A DNA stretch of 64,000 bases from an uncultured virus (IMG/VR IMGVR_UViG_3300025471_000688) (Duplodnaviria; Heunggongvirae; Uroviricota; Caudoviricetes): the IMG/VR virus record IMGVR_UViG_3300025471_000688; one strand, given 5' to 3'. This document shows positions 10,032 to 18,598 of this stretch, in pieces (position 1 is the first letter of the stretch; each line of letters begins with the position of its first letter). Position numbers and translations under genes: made by a program. The notes below the pieces were generated by a model. The model worked only from the letters and a program-made list of their open reading frames with translations. It did no database searches and was not told the origin of the DNA.

Positions 10032-10262
10032 ATGATCACCAAGGACGAACTGATTGCCTGGGCCACGCGGCAGGGCTGGAAGCTCGACCGCTGGGGCCAC
10101 CTCAAGAAGGAGTTCGACAACGGCACGCACCGGCTCAAGTTGAGCCGCATCGCCGTCCGGCATGAAATCGCAACGCCGATCGGTTGGGCACGTGTGAACA
10201 GCGGCTATTACAAAGACCTCACCATCACCGCCGACGGGAAGCTCGGCGGCCTCAAGTTCTGA
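10032..10262 (+). CDS. Hypothetical protein (76 aa)
   Basis: MITKDELIAWATRQGW...; first gene of a counter-oriented three-gene cassette. Confidence 0.6.
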   Translation: MITKDELIAWATRQGWKLDRWGHLKKEFDNGTHRLKLSRIAVRHEIATPIGWARVNSGYYKDLTITADGKLGGLKF

Positions 10263-10280
10263 GAAAGGAGAAACCGAATC

Positions 10281-10832
10281 ATGCGACTCTTCGCGATAGA
10301 CACCGACAACAACATCACGGCCTTCCCCGCCGCCGAGCAGATTCCGGAAGGCCAGGAACACTTCGCCAGCGAAAAGGAACTGGGCAAGCTCGCCGCCAAC
10401 TGGCCGACCGACCGGCTGGTCCAGGTCTGGAACAGCTTCGCCGGCGTGGCGCCCTTCGACGAGCTGAAGCAGGTCAAGAAGTTCACCGACCGCAAGACGG
10501 CCGTCGCCCGGATCTGGAAGGCCATCCAACGCCTGGACGCCGCCCCCGCGCCACAGGCGGCCGACGTCGCGCCAAAGGCCAAGGAGCCGAGGAAGGCGGC
10601 CAAGCCCGAGGACACCACGCCCACTGCGCGCGAGGGCAGCAAGAAGGCCATCGTTATCGACCTGCTGAAGCGCCCGGATGGCGCGTCCCTCAAGGACATC
10701 ATGCAAGCCACCGCCTGGCAGGCGCACAGCGTGCGCGGCTTCATCTCCGGCAGCCTGACCAAGAAGATGGGCCTCACCGTCGAGTCCTTCAAACGGCCGG
10801 ACGGCGAGCGTGCGTACAGAAACGCCGAATAG
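10281..10832 (+). CDS. DUF3489 domain protein
   Basis: C-terminal REGSKKAIVIDLLKRPDGAS...WQAHSVRGFISG...KKMGL motif; strong RBS AAAGGAG. Confidence 0.85.
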   Translation: MRLFAIDTDNNITAFPAAEQIPEGQEHFASEKELGKLAANWPTDRLVQVWNSFAGVAPFDELKQVKKFTDRKTAVARIWKAIQRLDAAPAPQAADVAPKAKEPRKAAKPEDTTPTAREGSKKAIVIDLLKRPDGASLKDIMQATAWQAHSVRGFISGSLTKKMGLTVESFKRPDGERAYRNAE

Positions 10833-10842
10833 GCCGACCGCC

Positions 10843-11022
10843 ATGATGATCGAGTTCGGAGACCACGGCGAGGAGGAGCGGCGGCTCCTCCTCCGCTACT
10901 TGGAGGCCGCCAAGTCGCAGCCGCCTGCCATCCACACGCCGAGACCAGGTTGCCTCTGGCTCCTGATCGGCCGCCTCTACCTCGCCTACCTGCGCCGGCG
11001 TTACCGCATCAAACCGCAGTAG
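10843..11022 (+). CDS. Small hypothetical protein
   Basis: 59 aa following DUF3489. Confidence 0.4.
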   Translation: MMIEFGDHGEEERRLLLRYLEAAKSQPPAIHTPRPGCLWLLIGRLYLAYLRRRYRIKPQ

Positions 11023-11043
11023 CCTTCCTCCCGCCGTCCGGCA

Positions 11044-11307
11044 TTACGAGCCGGCGGCGTTTCTCTTCCTCAACTCCTCAGCCAGCGTGTCGAACCGCTC
11101 GCGGAGGTGGCTCTCGCGCAGATGACACTCGCTGGCGCGCACAAAGGTTCCGTTGTTAAGTCGGGTGATAATCCGGTTCTCCAGCTCGGCGAGTTCCTTG
11201 CGCACCTCGGCGAGCAACGCACGGTTCTGGAGGCTCACGTACGTCGCGATCAGACCCGAAACAAGACCGATGATTGGGACGAGGAGGCCGACGATGTTTC
11301 CATTCAT
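11044..11307 (-). CDS. Membrane-anchored coiled-coil protein (holin-like?)
   Basis: N-terminal hydrophobic helix IVGLLVPIIGLVSGLIATYVSL followed by a coiled coil. Confidence 0.5.
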   Translation of the reverse strand: MNGNIVGLLVPIIGLVSGLIATYVSLQNRALLAEVRKELAELENRIITRLNNGTFVRASECHLRESHLRERFDTLAEELRKRNAAGS

Positions 11308-11525
11308 GAGTTCGTTCCTTCCAGCGGCAGGTCTCGTTCCTCTCGCTCCAGGATCCTCAGTTCCGCCGACCAGTCCGACAATGCAAGGCACAGGCCCTGC
11401 ACATCGGGGTGCCCGGCCCGCAACAGCCGCTGTGCTTCGGCGATCTCGGCGTGGCAGCGGTCGATTTCACACTGCAACCCTTCCCGCCCGGTAGTTTGGT
11501 CCTCAGGAGCACGGAGCGCGGTCAT
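11304..11525 (-). CDS. Hypothetical protein
   Basis: 73 aa; 4-nt overlaps with both neighbours. Confidence 0.55.
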   Translation of the reverse strand: MTALRAPEDQTTGREGLQCEIDRCHAEIAEAQRLLRAGHPDVQGLCLALSDWSAELRILEREERDLPLEGTNS

Positions 11526-12058
11526 GCGGTTTCAAACAACCTTGGCTGTTCCATAGCAACAAGGCGAGGTGAACTTTGCGGCTGTGCCAGGACCGGCCGC
11601 TTGCTGGTCAGTACGGCCAGGGCTGCCTCAATCGGGAACTGATCGATGTTCCGTCTTCGCTCGGCGCGTGCGTGGTGTTGATAGCCCGGAGGTCGCAAGT
11701 GGATCGTCTGCAGAACGCTCTCAGAGAACGGCAGATAAGCAATCACCCGAATGTCCAGGGCGACCAGAGCGATGATGTCGAATTCGTCATCGGCGTACAC
11801 ACGTCGGCCGCCCTTACCAGCTCTCCGTACCTGGAACAGATATCCTGTGCCGAGCGCGCGCTTCCCCGGCAGTTTTCGGGCTGCGCGAGTCGCCTTCACT
11901 TGCACTCGAAACAGGGAACTGGCGCAATCGAGAACGACGTCGTAAGGAACGCCTTGATCCGTCAGATAGGCGCGATAGCCCGACAGAATCAGATCGGCCA
12001 CGACTAAGTGCTCGGCGGCTTTTCCGATTTCAAAATCGGATAGCGGCTCTGCGGTCAC
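11522..12058 (-). CDS. Free-standing PD-(D/E)XK endonuclease (group I intron-associated type)
   Basis: GKAAEHLVVADL...PYDVVLD...RVQVKAT motif. Confidence 0.75.
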   Translation of the reverse strand: MTAEPLSDFEIGKAAEHLVVADLILSGYRAYLTDQGVPYDVVLDCASSLFRVQVKATRAARKLPGKRALGTGYLFQVRRAGKGGRRVYADDEFDIIALVALDIRVIAYLPFSESVLQTIHLRPPGYQHHARAERRRNIDQFPIEAALAVLTSKRPVLAQPQSSPRLVAMEQPRLFETA

Positions 12059-13311
12059 CCAGCAGTCTTTCTGGCGGCCGATATCTCGTCAAACGTGCGG
12101 CCGTCGCCTTCCAAAATGGGTTGCTTCCCGCCATAGGCGACGTAGCGGCGTGCAATGACATCGCAATACAGCGGCTCTAGCTCGATCAATCGGGCGTAGC
12201 GTCCAGTCCGCTCACACGCGATCAACGTCGATCCGGACCCGGCGAACGGATCGAGAATCGTGTCCTGCGTCTTCGAGGAATTACGGATTGCGCGCTCGAT
12301 CAGCTCGACCGGCTTTTGTGTTGGATGGAGATCGTTCTTGACCGGCTTCTTGACGAACCACACGTCGCCCTGATCGCGGGCACCGCACCAGAAATGGTCC
12401 GTTCCCTCGCGCCAGCCGTAGAGCATCGGCTCATATTGCCGCTGGTAATCGGCGCGCCCCATCGTGAACACGTTCTTCGCCCAGATGATGAACGTCGACC
12501 AGTGGCCACCGGCTTCGGTGAAAGCCGTATGGAGCGTGTGCAGTTCCGAAGACGACATGCAGATGTAAACGGCGCCCTTGGTGACGGCCAGGATGTTGGT
12601 GCAGGCCTCGCGGAGAAACGGCCCAAAATTCGCGCCGAGGTTGTCGTTCAGGATTCTCCGCTTGTTGCCACGGAGCTTATCCTTCATGGTCTGGCCGTAG
12701 TTCACATTGTAGGGAGCATCCGTCCACGCCATGTCAGCCAAATCGCCAGCCAGCACCTTCTCGACAGAGTTGATCTGTGTGGAATCTCCGCAGAGCAGCC
12801 GGTGTTCGCCGAGGATCCAAACATCACCCGGCACCGTGATTGCCGTTTCCGCCGTGTCCGGGACAGCATCTTCGTCCGTGAGGCCGGCAGGCGGCTCGGT
12901 TTCCGGTTCGGCAAGCAGATCACGCAGTTCGTCGTCCGTAAAACCAATCACGTCGAGGTCGAAGTTGTCCTCCCGGATCGACTCCAGCTCAACGCGGAGC
13001 ATTTCCTCGTCCCAGCCGGCATTGAGCGCCAGGCGGTTGTCGGCCAGAACAAGGGCGCGCCGTTGCGTTTCGGTCAAGTGGTCGAGGACGATGACCGGAA
13101 CTTCGGTCATGCCCAGTTTGCGGGCGGCGAGCAGGCGGGCGTGGCCGGCGATGATGATCCCGTCCGACCCGGCCAGAATGGGGTTGGTCCACCCGAACTC
13201 GGCGATCGAGGCCGCGATCTGGGCAACCTGTTCGTCACTATGCGTGCGCGCGTTCCGGGCGTAAGGGATCAGCCTTTCGACCGGCCACGTCACCACCTGC
13301 AAGTCCATCAT
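12055..13311 (-). CDS. ParB-domain fused DNA N6/N4 methyltransferase
   Basis: ParB N-terminus (IIAGHARL); DAPY variant of the catalytic motif; HPTQKP; DPFAGSGST. Confidence 0.88.
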   Translation of the reverse strand: MMDLQVVTWPVERLIPYARNARTHSDEQVAQIAASIAEFGWTNPILAGSDGIIIAGHARLLAARKLGMTEVPVIVLDHLTETQRRALVLADNRLALNAGWDEEMLRVELESIREDNFDLDVIGFTDDELRDLLAEPETEPPAGLTDEDAVPDTAETAITVPGDVWILGEHRLLCGDSTQINSVEKVLAGDLADMAWTDAPYNVNYGQTMKDKLRGNKRRILNDNLGANFGPFLREACTNILAVTKGAVYICMSSSELHTLHTAFTEAGGHWSTFIIWAKNVFTMGRADYQRQYEPMLYGWREGTDHFWCGARDQGDVWFVKKPVKNDLHPTQKPVELIERAIRNSSKTQDTILDPFAGSGSTLIACERTGRYARLIELEPLYCDVIARRYVAYGGKQPILEGDGRTFDEISAARKTAG

Positions 13312-13583
13312 GCTTTGCCCGGCTGAGTGGATTTCTGGAACAGGCCCAGCTCGTTGTGCAGATCGACGATCTTCCCGATCATGGGAATCACGATGGCGAC
13401 CAGTTTGTCCCAGGAGAACTCGGCAGCCAGCGAACTGCTGCCGTCATAGGCGGTCTTGAGAATGTCGAGCACGAGATCGAGCTTCTTTCTGCCCTGACCA
13501 GGCAGCGGGATCGCGTCCTCGACGGCGCGAACGACGCTCAAAATGAGCGGGAACAACTTGAGGACGGTGATTAGCGTTTTCAT
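13308..13583 (-). CDS. Hypothetical amphipathic protein
   Basis: 91 aa; VEDAIPLPGQGRKKLDLV resembles holin-like small proteins. Confidence 0.5.
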   Translation of the reverse strand: MKTLITVLKLFPLILSVVRAVEDAIPLPGQGRKKLDLVLDILKTAYDGSSSLAAEFSWDKLVAIVIPMIGKIVDLHNELGLFQKSTQPGKA

Positions 13584-13648
13584 GGTGGTCGAAGGTTGGG
13601 TGGCGAGCGGCGTGGTGGTTACCAGGCCGCCAGCCGCCGGCGCGTGGG

Positions 13649-14101
13649 CTATACCTTGCGGTTATTGAGGGCCTCGGTAACGGCTGCCACGACGATGGCG
13701 CGGATGCCTTCCTTGAAGGTCTGGTTGCCCAGGATCTCCTCGGCGGTGTAGCCCTGCTCATCCACGTTCCACTGCCGGTCGATGGCGATGTCGGCGTGGC
13801 GCACGGCCTGCTTGCCGGCCAGATTCGCCGTCTCGGCTGACTGCTCGCTAACCTTCTGCGCAACGGCGATGGCGTTTTGCATGATCTGGTTGCCCAGCGT
13901 TTGGGCGTCCAGCACCATCTTGTTAAATAGGGTGCGCTGCTGGCGCGTGGTCTCGAGCGACTCCTGGAGCAGTTCGTCGAAGACGCGCTTGTGGTTGAGG
14001 AACAGCAGTCCCGACTGGGCTTCCGACTGTCCCTTGAAAAACTCGTCCGAACCGGTCTCGAACTCGCGTTCGGCCTGATTCGGCGTGGCAACTTCGGGCA
14101 T
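13649..14101 (-). CDS. Hypothetical helical protein
   Basis: 150 aa; RBS AAGGAG; protein-like composition. Confidence 0.65.
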   Translation of the reverse strand: MPEVATPNQAEREFETGSDEFFKGQSEAQSGLLFLNHKRVFDELLQESLETTRQQRTLFNKMVLDAQTLGNQIMQNAIAVAQKVSEQSAETANLAGKQAVRHADIAIDRQWNVDEQGYTAEEILGNQTFKEGIRAIVVAAVTEALNNRKV

Positions 14102-14131
14102 TGGCGTTGTCTCCTTGTGAGTGGGTTTGGA

Positions 14132-15646
14132 TTACGTCGTGGCCGCGCGCTGCGCGGCGATGTCGCTGAACTTTTCTCCGGACGCGAGCGCCGGCTCAAT
14201 GCCGGTGAGGTGCTCGATGCGGCGCAGAATCACGTCGCAATACGCCGGGCTGATCTCGGTGCCGTAGCCGATCCGATCGAGCACGTGGGCCGCGGCGATG
14301 GTCGTTCCGCTTCCCAGGAACGGATCGAAGATCAGATCGCCGGAATCGGAAAAGGCCTTCACGAAGAACTCGGCCAGGGCCCGCGGGAACGGAGCGGAAT
14401 GCGATCCCTGACTGCTCTCCGTCTTCACCTCGATCACGTTGCTCGGGCGTGCGATTCCGCCGTGCCGGCCCTCGAGGTCATTGGCGTTGCGGCGCGTGGT
14501 CTGCCACGAATCGTGGTTCCTCCCGACGTCCGCCGCGGCGCCGCGCGGCCCGGTGCCGAGCAGACCGCTGCCGGACGTGGACTTCGGGTTATTGGGCGAG
14601 TAGTCGAAGCAGTCCTCCGACCAGTGCCCAACCGCCTTCGGGCGGAATTTGATCTTCTCGTGGCGGCAAAAGTGGAAGACTGGTTCCCATGCGTTCTTGA
14701 AGCGATTGCCCCAACCACCCGGCACTCCATCGTCCGTCTTCCGCCAGCAGAGTTCATCGACGAAGCGCCAGCCCCACTGCTCCACATGCGCAATGGTCAG
14801 CTTCTTGACGTAGAGGTTGCGCTGGCCGCCGTCGGCGTGCTCCTTAATGTTGAGGAAGTACGAGCCGTCATCCGCCAGCACCGCAGCGATGTTCGCGGCC
14901 ACATTGCGGAACCACTCGATGTACTGGTCCGGCGGGACCGGCCGGAAGCCGCTGGAGGGATCGTAGGCGCGCTGGGAAGCGTAAGGCGGCGACGTGATGA
15001 CCACGTTCGCGCGCTTACCATCGAGCAGTTGCTTCACAACCGCGTAATCCCGGCAATCCCCGCAGATCAGGCGGTGCTGACCAATCACCCAGATGTCTCC
15101 GGGCCGCGTGACCGGCTCTTCCGGAGCTTCGGGCACTTCCTCTGGCGCTTTCTCCTTTTCAGAGGCGGCGACCTCGGGTGCGGCCTCGGCGAACAAGGTC
15201 GCCAGTTCGTTCTCATCGAACCCTAACAGCGCGAGGTCAAGATCCGCGTCCTTGAGGTCCGTCAGCTCGGTGCGAAGGATCTCGTCATCCCAACCCGCGT
15301 TCTCGCCGATGCGGTTGTCAGCGAGGACGTAGGCGCGCTTCTGCGTCTCGCTCAGATGATCGAGCACAACGACCGGAACCTGGTCGATCCCGAGCTTCCG
15401 CGCGGCAAGCACCCGGCCATGGCCAGCGATGATGCCGGCGTTCGTATCCACCAGCACAGGGTTGTTGAACCCGAACTCGGCGATGCTCGCGGCGATCTGG
15501 GCGACCTGCTCATCCGAGTGCGTGCGCGCGTTCCTCGCGTACGGAACCAACCGGTCCAGCGGCCACAGTTCGATGCGCTTTGCCATCGCGGGCGCGAGGC
15601 GGCCATCAATCACCGAGGGTTTCGACCTCCTGGATTCGCCTGCCAA
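14132..15646 (-). CDS. ParB-domain fused DNA N4/N6 methyltransferase
   Basis: ParB N-terminus; TSPPY; HSAPFP; DPFLGSGTT. Confidence 0.88.
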   Translation of the reverse strand: MAGESRRSKPSVIDGRLAPAMAKRIELWPLDRLVPYARNARTHSDEQVAQIAASIAEFGFNNPVLVDTNAGIIAGHGRVLAARKLGIDQVPVVVLDHLSETQKRAYVLADNRIGENAGWDDEILRTELTDLKDADLDLALLGFDENELATLFAEAAPEVAASEKEKAPEEVPEAPEEPVTRPGDIWVIGQHRLICGDCRDYAVVKQLLDGKRANVVITSPPYASQRAYDPSSGFRPVPPDQYIEWFRNVAANIAAVLADDGSYFLNIKEHADGGQRNLYVKKLTIAHVEQWGWRFVDELCWRKTDDGVPGGWGNRFKNAWEPVFHFCRHEKIKFRPKAVGHWSEDCFDYSPNNPKSTSGSGLLGTGPRGAAADVGRNHDSWQTTRRNANDLEGRHGGIARPSNVIEVKTESSQGSHSAPFPRALAEFFVKAFSDSGDLIFDPFLGSGTTIAAAHVLDRIGYGTEISPAYCDVILRRIEHLTGIEPALASGEKFSDIAAQRAATT

Positions 15647-17114
15647 TCCAACGCATCACCGGCACCGCCATCGAATTGCCTATGGCCTTGTAGCGCGGAC
15701 CATCCGGAGTGGCCCCCAACTGCCGAGCCTCATCGAGCGGTATGCCGAGGTAGGCAGCCATTTCCGAAACCTCGTCCGCGCGAAGCTTCTTCCGATAATT
15801 CGGAATCAACGTGTAGTCGTCCGGCAGACCTTGAAGCCGCTCGCACTCGCGCGCCGTAAGCCTTCGAACTGCAAACCACGTCGCCAGCAGCGGCGCACCG
15901 TCGCCGCGTCCGGAACCGCCGGACTGCGCCTTGAGCGGTGGCGCGATTACATCGGGAGCGCCGCGTCCGTTGCGCACGAAGCGGGATTCGAAAACCACCG
16001 GCGGCCCGACCGTCCCGCCGTCGCTCGCCAGCACCGGCGGCGCAATCTCGCCCGGCACGAAACCGTCCTGACCGAATCCCCGGAACGCCACTGCGAGCTG
16101 GCCGCCGGCATTCGGATGCGATTCCCGGTGGCCCATCGCGCGCATCGTCGGCGCCACATCTTCCGTCGCGTCCGCGCCCGAGTCCTTGCACGAAAACGCA
16201 ACGGGCAGAATCGGTACGCCGCGGCCGGTGCCGTCCTCGCTCGCATCCATTCCCTCAGCGCGCAGCGTGTGCGCGATCAACGATCCGCACGTGTCCACGC
16301 TCATGCCGGGGAAGCGGTCCCCGCCGGTACGGTTCGCGCCGGCAAGCAGCGGCGGCGCAACCTCCACACAGAACGTTTCGGTTTCGAAGTCCATCCGCAT
16401 GCTGCCGCCGTGGGCGTTGCATGCAGTCGCGATGTCGATCGGCCCGGTCGTGTTATTGCCGCCGAACGGGATCAGGTGACCGGCCTGGGCTTGGTTATCA
16501 TCCGCGCCACATGTTCCAACGCCATCCGCAGTAAGGGCGGCAACGCCCTGGCGCGTTTTGCGGCGCGCCGGAGTATCCCGGCACAGGCCTTGGCGCTCAA
16601 GAAGTACCGCCGCGGCACGGCGCCAGTCTCCAAAATGTCCGACAACGAAGACGCGACGGCGTCGCTGGGGCACTCCGAGGAATTGAGCGTCCAGCACTCG
16701 CCAGGCGCAACCATACCCGAGTTCCGCCAGCGTCCCGAGGATGGCGCCAAAATCCCGTCCGCCGTTCGATGACAGAACACCGGGGACGTTTTCCCAGACG
16801 ACCCAACGGGGCCGAAGGCGGCCAGCAAGCCGGCAAAACTCGATGGCCAGTTGACCACGCGGATCAGCCAGTCCGCCTCGTCTTCCGGCGACGGAGAACG
16901 AGGGACACGGCGTTCCGCCCACAAGCAGGTCGATTGGGCCGGACTCGGCCCGGATCTCTCTGAAGTCGCCAAGGTTGGGAACGCCCGGGTAGCGGTGCGA
17001 CAACAGCGCCGAACAGAACGGATCGATTTCCGCGAACCACGCCGGCCGGAACCCCAGCGGTTCCCAAGCGACCGTGGCTGCTTCAATTCCCGAGCACACG
17101 CTGCCGTAGATCAT
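15606..17114 (-). CDS. DNA cytosine-5 methyltransferase (phage type, long variable region)
   Basis: SVCSGIEA, GGTPCPSFS, WENVPG, QRRRRVF, ECERLQG, YKAIGNS. Confidence 0.9.
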   Translation of the reverse strand: MIYGSVCSGIEAATVAWEPLGFRPAWFAEIDPFCSALLSHRYPGVPNLGDFREIRAESGPIDLLVGGTPCPSFSVAGRRGGLADPRGQLAIEFCRLAGRLRPRWVVWENVPGVLSSNGGRDFGAILGTLAELGYGCAWRVLDAQFLGVPQRRRRVFVVGHFGDWRRAAAVLLERQGLCRDTPARRKTRQGVAALTADGVGTCGADDNQAQAGHLIPFGGNNTTGPIDIATACNAHGGSMRMDFETETFCVEVAPPLLAGANRTGGDRFPGMSVDTCGSLIAHTLRAEGMDASEDGTGRGVPILPVAFSCKDSGADATEDVAPTMRAMGHRESHPNAGGQLAVAFRGFGQDGFVPGEIAPPVLASDGGTVGPPVVFESRFVRNGRGAPDVIAPPLKAQSGGSGRGDGAPLLATWFAVRRLTARECERLQGLPDDYTLIPNYRKKLRADEVSEMAAYLGIPLDEARQLGATPDGPRYKAIGNSMAVPVMRWIGRRIQEVETLGD

Positions 17115-17333
17115 GGGGCCGGGGCTGTCTCGTGTTACTTGAATCCGGGGGGCTGCCAGATCGCCCCCGGTCGCTGTCGCCGGCGTTTACTCCGATGTGG
17201 GTTGGTGGTGCTACTTGAGGCCGTGGCCACGGCAGTTCGTAGCTCCTGCCGCCTGCTGGCTCAGCTTGGTCTCCGGTCTCCCCACTCCCAGCCCACCGGC
17301 ATCTCTTTGGCTAGGGGTATCTCGGGTGCAAGA

Positions 17334-17684
17334 TCACTTCTGGAGCAACCGCGCCACCTGCTGGAAGTCCTCGCGGCTCACCAGGCCCCGGCGCTTCGCC
17401 CACAGGATGAACGCGATGTTCGTGGCCGCGTGCGCCAAGTGCGTTTCGAAGTCCTCGGTCTCCTCCCACGGCGCGTCCATCAAGTGCTGGATGGCATGGG
17501 AGAGGCAATCCACGAAGAACTCTCTATCGCCCTTCTGCCAGTTTCCGGGCGCATACTTCCGGTCGCCTTCCAGCCGGGTCCAGGCCACCGCTTCGAGCAA
17601 CTCCCGCGGCACCAGGAAGAACGGCGCCTTGCGCGAGCAGCGCTGAGCGCCGCCAGTGAACTCTACGGCCTCTGCCGTGCTCAT
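17334..17684 (-). CDS. dATP/dGTP diphosphohydrolase-like (DUF5664-type) protein
   Basis: LVPRELLEAVA...GDRKYAPGNWQKG...HLAHAATNIAFIL signature. Confidence 0.75.
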   Translation of the reverse strand: MSTAEAVEFTGGAQRCSRKAPFFLVPRELLEAVAWTRLEGDRKYAPGNWQKGDREFFVDCLSHAIQHLMDAPWEETEDFETHLAHAATNIAFILWAKRRGLVSREDFQQVARLLQK

Positions 17685-18598
17685 GCCCGAAACGTCACCA
17701 CGACGTCAACGGCGCTGCCGTCGCAGTTGATCTGGACGGCGGCTATGGGTCTCGTAAGTTTCTTTTGACAGTGCTTCAGCGCCGCCATGATTTCGCGACG
17801 GACCAAGTCTTCATCGGAAGGCGTCGGCCGCGTGCGGCGTTTGGATTTGCGCGCCTTTGCTCCCTTGGTCGCCTCGCGCACATTGCGCGCCTTGCCGGAC
17901 CTCACCGCTTCCACCGCCGCCTTCTGCTCCTCGGGTTCCACGGCCGCGAGCGCATCAAGCTCCACGCCTTTGTCCGCGATCTCGGGCATGTCGCGGATGG
18001 CTTCCTTCACGGGCTCGTCGATCGCCTCGGCACGGTGGACAGCGCGCTGGACGTCGCGCTCCGACATGCCGGTCTTTACGGCCGTATCCTTGACAAAACA
18101 GACAGGAGTTGCCAAGTCGCCAATATTGGCGACTTGCCTCTCTCGCTTCTTTCCGCCCGTGTGCTGGTTGCCGTGATCGCCGCCGTGTTTGGTCTCTGGG
18201 TGCTTGAGAAGGTAGAGGACCTTGCGCTGCTTGATGTGCTCTGCCCGTTCCAACTCTGTGAGTTCCGCGCGGATGAGATTCTCGTCAATCTCCCACAGGC
18301 CACGGTCCACGTCGTTCATGTCGAGAACGAACGCCGGAACCTCTTTCCACCCCAACTGCTTGCACGCTTCCAGGCGGTGGTTGCCAGTGGCAACTTGGTA
18401 GTAACAGCCGTGGTGATTGTAGGGAGCATCGGGCGGACACGGAATGGCATGAACCGAGATCGGGCATTGCAGCCCGATCTCGTGGATGCTTTCCGCCAGA
18501 AGCTTGACGTGCTGCGAGTTCAGTTTTCGCAGCGGCCCGCCCTCACGAGGGAAGATCGCGCTAATTGGAACGTTCTGCAGCATCGTCGTCTCCTTCAA
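17681..18598 (-). CDS. ParB N-terminal domain + HTH protein
   Basis: LAESIHEIGLQCPISV, TGNHRLEACKQLGW, EIDENLIRAELT. Confidence 0.8.
   Translation of the reverse strand: MKETTMLQNVPISAIFPREGGPLRKLNSQHVKLLAESIHEIGLQCPISVHAIPCPPDAPYNHHGCYYQVATGNHRLEACKQLGWKEVPAFVLDMNDVDRGLWEIDENLIRAELTELERAEHIKQRKVLYLLKHPETKHGGDHGNQHTGGKKRERQVANIGDLATPVCFVKDTAVKTGMSERDVQRAVHRAEAIDEPVKEAIRDMPEIADKGVELDALAAVEPEEQKAAVEAVRSGKARNVREATKGAKARKSKRRTRPTPSDEDLVRREIMAALKHCQKKLTRPIAAVQINCDGSAVDVVVTFRA

Noticed and set aside
11044..14101. Lysis cassette
   Set aside because: Small hydrophobic ORFs are present, but no endolysin is recognisable in the window.
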